Shown here: positions 1-11,300 of the stretch, piece after piece
Layout: every line of letters begins with the position of its first letter
Position numbering within the stretch: the first letter of the stretch is position 1
Source: an uncultured Clostridia bacterium
Lineage (GTDB): Bacteria > Bacillota > Clostridia > TANB77 > CAG-508
Length of the DNA: 43,331 bases
Reading direction: 5' to 3'
Assembly (NCBI GenBank): GCA_944391795.1
Contig: CALXUW010000031.1
Span: 1 to 43,331, forward strand
Translations under genes and position numbers: made by a program
Notes under the pieces: model-generated
The model's database searches: none
What the model saw: the letters and a program-made list of their open reading frames with translations, nothing else
Told to the model about the DNA's origin: nothing

Positions 1-1
1 A

Positions 2-4
2 CGG
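2..4 (+). other. Possible in-frame CGG +1 recoding site at the window edge
   Basis: Window starts A CGG AAG ACT AAG CAT CAA AGA AGA TGA. The CGG frame hits a stop after 8 codons, while the +1 frame (GGA AGA CTA...) stays open to 293. The upstream frame cannot be seen. Confidence 0.3.
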
Positions 5-293
5 AAGACTAAGCATCAAAGAAGATGAGGAAGCCACAATAATTGCAAACGAAATAAAAGACATAGGAGAGCAAAAACAAAAAGTCTTAATACTAAACAT
101 AACAAATTCAAAAGAAGAAGAAAAAGAAAAACTAAGAGGAGCAATAAAATACTTTGGAGGAAACAAAAACAACATAAATGTATACGTAAAAATCCAAGAA
201 GAAGAAAGGAGTTGTGGACAGATTTACCTAACAGACTCAATACTAGAAATTTTCAAAGAAATAATAGGAGAACAAAATGTTGAAATTAAGTAA
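3..293 (+). CDS. 3' end of a gene cut by the window edge; tail resembles the C-terminus of a DnaE-type DNA polymerase III alpha subunit (weak)
   Basis: Frame open from nt 3 to TAA 291-293 (GRLSIKEDEEATIIANEIKD...ILEIFKEIIGEQNVEIK*). Absent from the ORF track only because it has no Met. Family call is from recollection of Firmicutes DnaE tails. Confidence 0.35.
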   Translation, partial: GRLSIKEDEEATIIANEIKDIGEQKQKVLILNITNSKEEEKEKLRGAIKYFGGNKNNINVYVKIQEEERSCGQIYLTDSILEIFKEIIGEQNVEIK

Positions 294-300
294 TTACTGC

Positions 301-366
301 CATTATGCCATAATGTTGTCAATGTTCTCAATGTTGTCAATGGGGACGGAGAATTTTGACAACATT
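301..366. repeat. Compound palindrome/direct-repeat region between the truncated gene and the ATPase gene
   Basis: 15-nt palindrome cattatgCcataatg (301-315). Direct repeat aatgttgtcaatg at 312-324 and 330-342. Inverted partner ttgacaacatt at 356-366 can pair with 330-340. Confidence 0.6.
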
Positions 367-464
367 AAAAACAAAACTAAAATTTCTTGTAATATGAATA
401 AGTAATAAATTAAGTACAAGCCACATATAAATTAATAAACTATAAATACAAAGGAGAGATAAAT

Positions 465-3079
465 ATGTGGGAAACATTAAGAAAAGAAGAGGTTTTAAGA
501 AATTTAGGTACAAACCTAAAAAAAGGACTAAGTAATCAAGAAGTCAAAAGAAGAATAGAAAAATACGGAAAAAATAAGTTAAAGGACAAACCCAAGGAAA
601 ATTTTTTGGTAAAATTTATTAAACAATTTAATGACTTTATGATTATTATACTAATAATAGCATCTATCATATCTGCAGTTGTTTCAACAATTCAAGGAGA
701 AAATGACTACATAGATTCAATTATAATAATTGCAATAGTAATTTTAAATGCTCTGATGGGAGTAATACAAGAATCAAAAGCAGAAAAATCAATAGAAGCC
801 TTGCAAAAAATGACACCGCCAAAAGCAAAAGTAACAAGAGAAGGAGTAGCAACTAAAATAAATGCAGAAGATTTAGTACCAGGAGACATAATAACATTAG
901 AAGCAGGAGGATATGTACCAGCAGATTGTAGAATTATAGAAAGTTATGATTTAAAAATAGAAGAATCAAGTTTAACAGGAGAAAACCAAGCAATAACCAA
1001 AAATTCTGAAATAACTTGCAAAAAAAATGTACCATTAGGAGATATGCTAAACATGGCATTTATGGGAACAATTATAGTAAATGGACATGGAAAAGCAATA
1101 GTAACTATGACTGGTATGGACACAAAAGTAGGTAAAATAGCAGATATGATAACTCAAAATGATTCGCCACAAACGCCAATTCAAAAAAAGCTAAATCAAG
1201 TAGGAAAAACATTAGGAATTGTATGTTTAGCAATATGCTTAATTATATTTATAATAGGCTTAATAAAAAATATAAATCCAATGGAAATGTTTATGACATC
1301 TGTAGGATTAGCTGTTGCAGCAATTCCAGAAGGATTACCCGCAATTGTTACAATTATGTTATCAATTGGAGTTACAAAAATGGCAAAGAAAAATAGTATA
1401 ATTAGAAAATTACCAGCAGTAGAAACACTAGGAAGCAGTACAGTAATATGTTCAGATAAAACAGGAACACTAACAAAAAATCAAATGCAAGTAGTAGAAA
1501 TAAATTCTAAAGATCCATTACTTTCTATTGAACTTGCCGCAATGTGTACAAACTGTGATATTATTCAAAAAAATGATAAAACAGAAGTAACAGGAGAGCC
1601 AACAGAAGTTGCGCTAGTAAAAGGAGCAATTGAAAAAAATATAAATAAATCTGAGCTTAATATAAAAATGCCGAGAATTCATGAAATACCATTTGATTCA
1701 ACTAGAAAGATGATGACAACTATACATAAAATAGGAAATAAATATAGAGTAATAACAAAAGGAGCACCAGATGTACTATTAGAAAAATGTATAAAAGAAA
1801 TAAATTCTAGTATGATATTTAACAAAGATAAAATACAAAAAGAAAATATAAAAATGGCAAAAAACGCATTAAGAGTAATAGCGGTAGCATACAAGGACTT
1901 AGATATATTGCCACCTACAATAAATGAAAAAACGATAGAAAAAGACTTAACATTTGTACGGATTAATAGGAATGATAGACCCACCAAGAGAAGGTGTAAA
2001 AGAAGCTATAAAAACCTGTAAAAAAGCAGGAATAAGAACAGTAATGATAACAGGAGATCATATAGCAACAGCAAATGCAATAGCAAAAGAACTAGGAATA
2101 TTAAAAGTAGGTGACAAATCAATATCAGGTCAAGAATTAGACAAAATGTCACAAACAGACCTAGAAGACAACATAAAAGAAATTTCTGTATTTGCAAGAG
2201 TAACACCTATGCACAAAGTAAGAATAGTAAAAGCATGGCAAAAAAAAGGAGCAGTAGTTGCAATGACAGGAGATGGAGTAAATGACAGTCCTGCGCTAAA
2301 AAATGCAGATATAGGAATAGCAATGGGAAAAAACGGAACAGACGTAGCAAAAAATGCTTCAGATATGATACTAACAGACGACAACTTCATAACAATAGTA
2401 GAAGCCGTAAAACAAGGAAGAAACATATATGACAATATAAGAAAAGCAATACATTTCCTAATTGCAACTAATATAGGAGAAATAGTAACAATATTTATGG
2501 GATTAGTTTTAGGAATGAAATCACCACTACTTGCAATTCAGCTGTTATGGATTAATCTAGTAACAGACTCACTACCTGCAATAGCAATAGGACTAGAACC
2601 ACCAGAAAAAGATATAATGAATAGAAAACCGGTAGACAGTAGAAAAGGAATATTTGCAGATGGCCTATGGGGGAAAATAATATTAGAAGGAATAATGATA
2701 GGAATGTTAACACTAGTAGCATTTAGTGTAGGAAACAAATACTTTGGTGTAGAAGTTGGAAGAACAATGGCATTTTTATCAATAGGAATGCTAGAATTAG
2801 TACACAGCTTGAATATAAAAAGTGAAAAATCAATATTTAAAAAACGGTTTATTTGAAAATAAATATCTAATAGGAAGTTTTATTCTAGGAATATTTGTAC
2901 AAGTAATAGTTGTAATTATACCAATGTTTGCTGAAATATTTAAATTAGTACCATTAAATCAAACACAATGGATTATAACAATAATAATTTCATTATTACC
3001 AATACCAATAATGGAATTACAAAAGAAAGTAACAAAAAGACAGGAAATGCCAATAATGACAGAAATTACACAAATGTAA
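465..3079 (+). CDS. SERCA/PMCA-like Ca2+-type P-type cation ATPase (~870 aa), read through two in-frame CGG +1 sites
   Basis: Track ORFs 465-2021, 1954-2856 and 2822-3079 are consecutive pieces. Motifs: SLTGENQA (TGE), CSDKTGTLT (phosphorylation site), MITGDH, GDGVNDSPALK. Skipping C1959 gives DLTFV-GLIGMIDPPR. Skipping C2845 gives IFKK-GLFENKYLIGS. RBS AAAGGAGAG lies before ATG 465. Confidence 0.9.
1959..1961 (+). other. In-frame CGG, +1 frame change (GTA CGG ATT)
   Basis: The zero frame reads FV-R-INRNDRPT and stops at 2021. The +1 frame reads FV-GLIGMIDPPREGVKEAI, a conserved P-type ATPase motif. Confidence 0.85.
2845..2847 (+). other. In-frame CGG, +1 frame change (AAA CGG TTT)
   Basis: The zero frame stops 3 codons later (2854-2856). 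The +1 frame continues 77 codons through the last TM helices to TAA 3077-3079. Confidence 0.8.
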
Positions 3080-3097
3080 GAAATGTAAGAAAAAACC

Positions 3098-3126
3098 TTG
3101 CAAAACCCAAAAAACTATGATAAAAT
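3098..3126 (+). promoter_or_regulatory. Sigma-A type promoter for rpsF-ssb-rpsR
   Basis: TTGCAA (3098-3103), 17-nt spacer, extended -10 TGaTAAAAT (3118-3126). Confidence 0.45.
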
Positions 3127-3214
3127 ATCTATGCTAAAAAAGGAAAACTCCTTTTTTTAAAATCTCTACTTGCAAAAAAATGCAGGTTATAAATCCACAG
3201 GGAGGTGAAAATCA

Positions 3215-3499
3215 ATGAATAAATACGAAAGTGTTATCATTGTTAATCCAAATGTAGACGAAGCAGGTTTAAAAGCACTAGAAGAAAAATTTACAGGATT
3301 AATAAATGAAAACGGAAAAGTAGAATCAGTAGAAAACATGGGAAAAAGAAAGCTAGCTTATGAAATAAAAAAATTAAAAGAAGCTACATACATGTTATTC
3401 AATTTCGAAGCAAAACCAGAATTCATTCAAGAATTAGAAAGAATCTACAGAATAACTGATGATATTATCAAATTTATAGTAGTAAAAAAAGAAAACTAA
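3215..3499 (+). CDS. rpsF: 30S ribosomal protein S6
   Basis: MNKYESVIIVNPNVDE...GKRKLAYEIKK. RBS GGGAGGTG. Conserved rpsF-ssb-rpsR order. Confidence 0.9.
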   Translation: MNKYESVIIVNPNVDEAGLKALEEKFTGLINENGKVESVENMGKRKLAYEIKKLKEATYMLFNFEAKPEFIQELERIYRITDDIIKFIVVKKEN

Positions 3500-3558
3500 A
3501 AAACAAAATTAAATAAAGATAAGGGGCCTTTATTTAAAGTAAAGAAAGGTGATAAAAA

Positions 3559-3993
3559 ATGAACAAAGTAATATTAATGGGAAGATTAACAAGAGACCCA
3601 GAAACAAGATATACACAAACAAGTAACACACTAGTATCTTCATTTAGCTTAGCAGTAAACAGAAGATTTGTAAGACAAGGAGAAGAAAGACAAGCAGATT
3701 TTATAAATATTGTAGCATGGAGTAAACTAGGAGAATTTTGTAGCAAATACTTTAAGAAAGGTCAACAAGTAGGAGTTATTGGAAGATTACAAACAAGAAC
3801 TTGGGATGATGACCAAGGAATAAAACACTATGTTACAGAAGTAATAGCAGAAGAAGCATATTTTGCAGATAGCAAAAGAGATCAAGATAGTGTAGCAGGA
3901 ACTTCTTTTGAAAATACTTTTGGAAGCACTGCACCAGGAAACATGGGAGCAGATTTTGAAGTGTCTTCAAGTAGCGACGACTTACCATTCTAG
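3559..3993 (+). CDS. ssb: Single-stranded DNA-binding protein
   Basis: MNKVILMGRLTRDPE...NIVAWSKLGE OB fold, Gly/Ser-rich tail ending in the acidic tip DDLPF. Confidence 0.92.
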   Translation: MNKVILMGRLTRDPETRYTQTSNTLVSSFSLAVNRRFVRQGEERQADFINIVAWSKLGEFCSKYFKKGQQVGVIGRLQTRTWDDDQGIKHYVTEVIAEEAYFADSKRDQDSVAGTSFENTFGSTAPGNMGADFEVSSSSDDLPF

Positions 3994-4018
3994 AAGAAGT
4001 TAGGGGGGAAAATAAAAA

Positions 4019-4300
4019 ATGGCAGACAAAAAACAAAATAAAAGAAATAATAATAAAAACTATGATGATGATTACAACCCAAAATTCAGAAAACAAAGAA
4101 AAAAGGTTTGTATATTATGTAGTGATAAAAACTTTGTTTTAGATTACAAAAATCCAGAACAATTAAGAAAATTTATCAATGATAAAGGTAAAATATTACC
4201 AAGAAGAACAACAGGTGCATGTAGCAAACATCAAAGAGATATAACACTTGCTGTAAAAAGAGCAAGACATATCGCAATGCTTCCATATGCACAAAACTAA
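4019..4300 (+). CDS. rpsR: 30S ribosomal protein S18
   Basis: [10 protein letters not shown]...[49 protein letters not shown]. Confidence 0.9.
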   Translation: MADKKQNKRNNNKNYDDDYNPKFRKQRKKVCILCSDKNFVLDYKNPEQLRKFINDKGKILPRRTTGACSKHQRDITLAVKRARHIAMLPYAQN

Positions 4301-4567
4301 TAAAAAAGCAAGAATAGAAGTTATAAAAAAACTTCTATTTTTTTAATGCAAAAACATTTACAAAAGATAAACCAATATGTTATAATTAGCGGTAAGATAA
4401 CAAAAGAGGTGAAGATAGTGAAACAAATATAAAGTGGAGAAAATACTACAAAAAATAAAAAAAAGGTAAAAAATAATGGACCAGTAGAAATAAAAAGCAT
4501 TTTAAAATTTTTTTCAATTTGTTTAATAGTATTTGGTATATTTTTAATAGGAACAGGCTCATACTCT

Positions 4568-5344
4568 ATGTATGAAGAATTAAACAAAGCAGACGAAAAC
4601 ACAAAACCAACAATATCAGTAGAAGAAACATCAGAAACTGAAATAACAATAAAAATAACACATGACAAACAATTATCTAAAGTTCTATACAGTTGGAATG
4701 ACGAAGAAGAAAAAGAAATACAAACTAATTCTAGAAAAGAAGTAGAACAAATAATAGAAATACCAACAGGTGAAAACACACTAAAAATAACAGCAACCGA
4801 CATAAATGGACAAGAATCAGTATATCAAAAAGAATATACTCGTATAGGAGATATTAATATAGAAATAACCAAAGAAAATGGACAAGTAAAAATAACAGCA
4901 ACTGCCAAAAATAATATCTCATACATTACCTATAGATGGGATGAAAATGAAGAAACAAAAATAGATATAAACAGCAAAGAAACAGAACAACTAATAAACG
5001 TACCAGAAGGTCTACACACCCTAACAGTTATAGCAGTAGACGAAAACAACAAAACTGAAACCAAAGAAAGAGAAGTAGAAGGTGTTTCAAGTGAAGAAAA
5101 ACCAAAAATAGAAATTACAGCAGATACACAAGGAGAAAACTTTATAATCAAAGTATCAGACGAAAATGGACTTGATAAAATTGAATTTTTAATAGATGAA
5201 ACACACGAATCTAGTCAAAACCTAAATGGAACAAAAGAAATAGAATTCACATATCCAATTCACGAAGGAACGACTAAAATAAAGGCAACGGTATATAATA
5301 TATATGGAATAACTGAAACTTCAGCAAAAATGTATAGAAAATAA
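4568..5344 (+). CDS. Hypothetical membrane-anchored protein with three repeated beta-rich (Ig-like) modules; true start probably upstream
   Basis: Three similar modules (...IPTGENTLKITATDINGQ / ...VPEGLHTLTVIAVDENN / ...IHEGTTKIKATVYNIYG). The same frame is open back to 4433 and encodes a TM helix (ILKFFSICLIVFGIFLIGTGSY), but has no canonical start there. Confidence 0.5.
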   Translation: MYEELNKADENTKPTISVEETSETEITIKITHDKQLSKVLYSWNDEEEKEIQTNSRKEVEQIIEIPTGENTLKITATDINGQESVYQKEYTRIGDINIEITKENGQVKITATAKNNISYITYRWDENEETKIDINSKETEQLINVPEGLHTLTVIAVDENNKTETKEREVEGVSSEEKPKIEITADTQGENFIIKVSDENGLDKIEFLIDETHESSQNLNGTKEIEFTYPIHEGTTKIKATVYNIYGITETSAKMYRK

Positions 5345-5403
5345 AAAATTCTCCTACTATGAAAAATAGTAGGAGTTTAACATTGAAAAATAAGGGGAGA
5401 CAT

Positions 5404-6210
5404 ATGGAATTTAATTTATTAGAAATCTTGACATATTTTTTAGTCTACTCCATATTAGGGTGGATAATGGAATCAATAGTAAGGTCAATTAGTGAAAAGA
5501 AACTTATAAATACAGGTTTCTTAAAAGGCCCATATTGTCCGATTTATGGAATTGGTGCAATAATTATGTTTTCATTTTTAGAAAGTTTTAAAAATAGTGT
5601 TATAGTACTATTTATTATATCATTTATAGTATTAACTTTATGGGAATATCTTGTAGGAGTATTATTAGAAAAAACTTTCCATACGAAATATTGGGACTAT
5701 TCAGACCAGAAATTTAATATACAAGGAAGAGTATGTTTAACTAATTCAATATGTTGGGGAGTATTAGGAGTAGTATTTGTAAAATATATACACCCATTTA
5801 TGCAAGGTTTAATAGCGAAAATAGATCCTAGAATAGTATCATTTATAATAACAATTGTTTCAATAGTATTTATTGTAGACTTAATTTCAACAGTTATTAA
5901 AGTAAAGAACATAAAAACGACACTAGAAAAAGTTGAAGAACTAAATAAAGAAATAAAAGCAAAATTAAAAGAAATAAAAAATATAAGTATAAATAAAGAA
6001 ATACAAAAAACTAAAAACAAAGACAATTTACAAGACATAATAGAAAAACTAAAAAAGAAAAGAAACAGAACAATATTACATTTATACAAAAATGTATACC
6101 GTTTAAAAAAAGCTTTCCCAGCTATTAATACTAAGGAAATCACAGAAGTATTAAGTAAAAAAATAGAGTTTAAGAAAAGAAAAAATAAAAGCCAAAAAAA
6201 CTTGAAATAA
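5404..6210 (+). CDS. Polytopic membrane protein (DUF1113 / putative ABC-transporter type IV-like) with a Lys-rich coiled tail
   Basis: MEFNLLEILTYFLVYSILGWIMESI...KGPYCPIYGIGA. RBS AAGGGGAG lies before ATG 5404, an internal Met of track ORF 5359-6210. Confidence 0.55.
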   Translation: MEFNLLEILTYFLVYSILGWIMESIVRSISEKKLINTGFLKGPYCPIYGIGAIIMFSFLESFKNSVIVLFIISFIVLTLWEYLVGVLLEKTFHTKYWDYSDQKFNIQGRVCLTNSICWGVLGVVFVKYIHPFMQGLIAKIDPRIVSFIITIVSIVFIVDLISTVIKVKNIKTTLEKVEELNKEIKAKLKEIKNISINKEIQKTKNKDNLQDIIEKLKKKRNRTILHLYKNVYRLKKAFPAINTKEITEVLSKKIEFKKRKNKSQKNLK

Positions 6211-6259
6211 TATATTGATTTATATATAATAAAATAATAAAAGTAAATGGAGGAAAAAA

Positions 6260-7183
6260 ATGATACAAGAAATATACATTATAGATGATGATGAATCTTC
6301 AATATGGATATTTAGAGAATTATTTAAAAATGATCCAGAATACAAATTTATAAGTGTAAAAACAGAACAAATAGATATAGCCTTAAAAAATATACCATCA
6401 CTAATAGTAATAAATGAAGATGCAATAGATAGAGATGTAGTAGACCTATGCAAAAAAATAAGAAAAGACGAAGACAACACAATAACACCTGTAATTGTTG
6501 TTTCATCAAAAGGAGATAGAGAACACAGACTAAAAATATTACAAGAATCAATAGAATATTTTATAAAAAAACCAGTAGATGAGCAATATCTATATTACAC
6601 AGTAAAAAACCTAAACAGATTGCTTACTATAAATAGAAGAATTAGTCCACTAACAGGTCTACCAGGAAATGTACAAATACATGCAGAACTAAAAAAAAGA
6701 TTATCAAGAAAAGAACCATTTTGTGTTTTATACTTAGACCTAGACAATTTCAAAGCATACAATGATGTATATGGATTTTTAAAAGGAGATCAAATAATAG
6801 AATTCACAGCAGAAACAATAGTAAATAATATACATGATAGCGGTCTAGAAGACACATTTATAGGACATATAGGAGGAGATGACTTTGTTGCAATAGTACC
6901 AGGGTTATCTTGCGAAAAATTATGCCAAAATATATTAGCATATTTTGATAATAAAGTTAAAAGATATTTTACAGATGAAGACATTGAAAAAGGATATATA
7001 GAAGTAGCAAATAGAAAAGGAATTATAGAACAATTTCCATTAACATCACTATCAATAGGTGTAGTAGTAGCAGATACAGGAAGATTTGCAAATATATTAG
7101 AAATAGGAGAAGTAGGAGCACAAGTAAAACATGCAGCAAAATCTGTAATGGGAAGTAGTTATGCAGTAGATAGAAGAAAATAA
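6260..7183 (+). CDS. Receiver-like domain fused to a GGDEF-type domain (motif variant GGDDF)
   Basis: PLTGLPGN...LYLDLDNFKAYNDVYGFLKGDQII...FIGHIGGDDFVAIV. The N-terminal ~120 aa look CheY-like. Confidence 0.7.
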   Translation: MIQEIYIIDDDESSIWIFRELFKNDPEYKFISVKTEQIDIALKNIPSLIVINEDAIDRDVVDLCKKIRKDEDNTITPVIVVSSKGDREHRLKILQESIEYFIKKPVDEQYLYYTVKNLNRLLTINRRISPLTGLPGNVQIHAELKKRLSRKEPFCVLYLDLDNFKAYNDVYGFLKGDQIIEFTAETIVNNIHDSGLEDTFIGHIGGDDFVAIVPGLSCEKLCQNILAYFDNKVKRYFTDEDIEKGYIEVANRKGIIEQFPLTSLSIGVVVADTGRFANILEIGEVGAQVKHAAKSVMGSSYAVDRRK

Positions 7184-7263
7184 TTTGACTAAACAAAAGA
7201 ATAAAATAAAAAACTTCTAATATAAATAATACTAATAAAAGTTGTTTATATTAGGAGTTTTTT

Positions 7264-8088
7264 ATGTTAATAATAAGTAAAAAAAGAATAAATTTGATAA
7301 TTGCTTGTATTTTAATAAGTTTACTAGCATTTACTTTTCAAATAAAGAGCAAAGAAAAAAAAATAGATAATAATGTAGAAACTACAGCTATTCCTGTTTC
7401 AGGAAAAACAGTTGTACTAGATGCAGGGCACGGCACACCAGACGAAGGCGCAGAAAGCAACAATGGAACAACAGAAGCACAAACCAACCTAAAAATAACC
7501 TTAAAACTACAAAATCTTTTAGAACAAAGTGGTTGCAAAGTAATATTAACGCGTTCTGATGAAAATGCAATATATGATTTAGACAGTAAAACACTAAGAC
7601 AAAAGAAAAACTCTGACATAAAAAACAGAGTAAAAATAGGAAATGAATCAAGTGCAGATATGTTTGTAAGTATACACCTAAATAAAATACCACAATCTAA
7701 ATATTGGGGATGGCAATGTTTTTACAAAGATAAAGACGAAAAGAGTAAAATTTTAGCAGACACAATACAAGAAAATTTAAATGAAGCAATACAAAAAGAA
7801 AATAAAAGAGTTGCCATGAAATTAGACACAGTATATTTAATGAAACATGTAGAAATACCAATATCAATCGTTGAATGTGGATTTTTATCAAACCCAGAAG
7901 AAGAAAAATTATTACTAGAAGAAGAATACCAAAATAAATTAGCATGGGGAATATTTAATGGAATAAATGAATACTTTTATAGCCAAAACACAGCTTCATT
8001 AGATGATATGTTAAAACACGGTGAAACACTAAAAGAACTAGGAATTAATGAAGAAATAAAAACTGAATTAGACCAAATCAAGCAGTAA
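7264..8088 (+). CDS. cwlD: N-acetylmuramoyl-L-alanine amidase, CwlD-like (Amidase_3)
   Basis: N-terminal TM helix, VVLDAGHGTPDEGA, ADMFVSIHLN, VECGFLSNPEEEKLL. Carries a ~40-aa non-canonical C-terminal extension. Confidence 0.75.
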   Translation: MLIISKKRINLIIACILISLLAFTFQIKSKEKKIDNNVETTAIPVSGKTVVLDAGHGTPDEGAESNNGTTEAQTNLKITLKLQNLLEQSGCKVILTRSDENAIYDLDSKTLRQKKNSDIKNRVKIGNESSADMFVSIHLNKIPQSKYWGWQCFYKDKDEKSKILADTIQENLNEAIQKENKRVAMKLDTVYLMKHVEIPISIVECGFLSNPEEEKLLLEEEYQNKLAWGIFNGINEYFYSQNTASLDDMLKHGETLKELGINEEIKTELDQIKQ

Positions 8089-8301
8089 ATGAAATAGATA
8101 AATTTGCAGCAGGAGAATTAGAATTAGAAGAAAATGGAGATATAACTCTAAGTTATGTAAGACAATCAGAACTCAGCCAAGAAAATAAAGAAAATTCTGG
8201 AGAAGAAAGATAAAAAAATAGAATATTAATTAATGTATAAAATTACCACTTCTTGCAAACAATATGTGTAAAACATATTAAAAGCAAGGAGTGGAATTTT
8301 T

Positions 8302-11300
8302 TTGAAACAAAATAAAATATTAAAAATAAATGGAACCTTACTTGATGAAAAACAGCTAGTAACTCACCTACAAAAAATAGCAACAAACCATAATCTAACT
8401 TCAAAATCACAAAAAAACACATACCCAGTACCACGGAATGTTAGAAAATTACAAAATTATAGAACAAGTATATAACCTATTAAATGAACACTTAAAACTA
8501 GGAATAAGCATACATCCAGCAGGTGAATGGTTACTAGACAATATATATATAATAGAACAAACAGTAAAACTAATACAAAAAGAACTTACATTAAAAAAAT
8601 ACAAAAACTTTGTAGGAATAGCAAACGGCCAATATAAAGGATTTGCAAGAATATACGTATTAGCAGCAGAAATAGTAGCATACACAGACAATAAAATAGA
8701 AAAAAATGAACTAGAAAATTACTTAAGGAGTTATCAAACCAAAAAATCATTAAGCATGGAAGAAATATGGAATATAGGAATATTTTTACAAATTGCAATA
8801 ATAGAAAACATAAGAGAAATATGTGAAAAAATCTACAGTTCCCAAATGCAAAAATATAAAGCAGAAAATATAGTAGAAAGACTAATAGAAAATAAACCAA
8901 AAAACGACTTAATCTTCAAAAATAATGAAAAAAAAGAAAGACTAAAAATACAAGATATAAGATATCCATTTATAGAATACATGTCATACATCCTAAAAAG
9001 ATATGGAAAAAAAGGATATAGTTACTTAAAAGCACTAGAAGAAGACGTAGAAATGACAGGAACAACTGTATCAGAAGTAATAAAAAAAGAACACTTTGAT
9101 ATAGCAGTAAGAAAAGTATCAATAGGAAATAGTATAATAAGTATAAAAAAAATACAAAGAATAAACTTTTTAGAAATATTTGAAAAAGTAAATGGAGTAG
9201 AAGAACTTTTAAAACAAGATCCAGCAAATGTTTACGAAAAAATGGACAACAAAACAAAAGAATATTACAGAAACAAAATAAAAGAAATATCTAAAAAAAC
9301 AAAAATATCAGAAATATATATAACCAAAAAAATATTAGAAATAGCAAAAAATAAAGAACCTAAAACACAACCATCCCACATAGGATATTACTTAATAGAT
9401 AGTGGAATAAATGAATTATATGATTCTTTACAATATAAAACCACAAGAAAAATGAAACCAAAAAACAAAGTAAAACTATATATATTATTAACATCTTTAC
9501 TAACAATTGTAACATCATTAATACTTACATTCATTTTAATTGGAAACTATCAAAATATAGGATTAAACATTTTAAGTTTTATAATATTTTTAATACCTTC
9601 CCATGAATTTTCAATAAAACTAATACAATATATTTTAAGTAAAATTATAAAACCAAAACTAATTCCAAAACTAGATATGCAAAATGGAATAGATAAAGAA
9701 AATACAACAATGGTAGTAATACCAACAATACTAAAATCTAAAGAAAAAGTACAAGAACTAACTAGAAAACTAGAAGTATATTATTTATCCAACAAATCCC
9801 AAAACATATATTTTACATTACTAGGAGATTGTACCCAAAGTGATAAAAGAGAAGAAACATTTGACCAAGAAGTAATAGAAGAAGGAAAAAAACAAATAGA
9901 ATTACTAAACAAAAAATATATAAAAGAAAAAGGATTACCAATTTTTAATTTTATATACAGAAAACGTATATGGAATGAAAAAGAAGATTCATATTTAGGC
10001 TGGGAACGAAAAAGAGGAATGTTAACCCAGTTAAACCAATATATATTAGGTAATATAAAAAATCCATTCTTAGAAAATACAATAGAAAATAAAATGCAAG
10101 ATACAAAAAATATAGAAGAAGCCAAAAAAATTTCAGAAGATCTAAAAAAAATAAAATATATAATAACATTAGATGCAGACACAGACTTGATTTTAAATTC
10201 AGGGCTAGAACTAATAGGAGCAATGTCACACATATTAAACAAACCGGTAATAGACGAAGAAAAAAACATTGTAATAGATGGATATCGGAATCATGCAACC
10301 AAGAGTTGGAATTAATTTAGATATAACTAATAAAAGTTTATTTACCAAAATATTTGCAGGAGCAGGAGGAATAGATTCATACACAAATGCAATATCAGAC
10401 ATATATCAAGACAATTTCTATGAAGGAATATTTACAGGTAAAGGAATATATGACCTAAAAGTATATTCAAAAGTACTAGATAACCAAATACCAGAAAATA
10501 CAGTACTAAGTCATGATTTATTAGAAGGATGTTACCTAAGATGTGGTTTAGCATCTGACATTTTATTAATGGATGGATACCCAACTAAATACAATAGTTT
10601 TATAAATAGACTATCAAGATGGATAAGAGGAGATTGGCAAATAACTAAATGGATGTTCCCAACATCTAATTTAAATTTATTATCAAAATACAAAATATTT
10701 GATAACTTAAGAAGAAGCTTATTTGAATTTAGCTTAATAATTGGTTTTATATATGCAAATATAATAGGAATTATATATACTAAAAACATATACCAAGTAA
10801 TACTAATACTATCACTAATCTTAATATTTCCATATTTGCTAGAAATTTTAAATCGTCTAGTATTTAAAAAAGAAGGAGAACAAAAACAAAAAACATTTAC
10901 TTCCAAAATTTCAGGAATAAAAGGGGCACTATATAGATCTATAATAACATTAGGAACTTTGCCTACTAAAGCATATATATCAATAAAAGCTATTTTAAAA
11001 ACAATATACAGAATGTTAATTAGCAAAAAACACCTATTAGAATGGACAACATCAGAAGAAGCAGAAAAACAAGCAAAATCTAGTTTATTTTCATATTACA
11101 CTCTAATGTTTGTAAATGTTCTAGCAGGTTTAGTTAGCATACTTCTTCGGACTATTAAAACAAAATATATTTGCGATTATACTTGGAATTTTCTATATAA
11201 TAATTCCAACAATAATGTGGTATATAAGTAAAACCATAAAAAAACAAGATGCAATAGAAAAATTAAATAAAGAAGAAAAAGAATATGTATTAGAAATAGG

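Noticed and set aside
8088-8213. An open frame after cwlD (NEIDKFAAGELELEENGDITLSYVRQSELSQENKENSGEER*) as a continuation or separate gene
   Set aside because: It has no start codon and no CGG or slippery site to link it to cwlD. It is short with no recognisable motif, so it may be a remnant.
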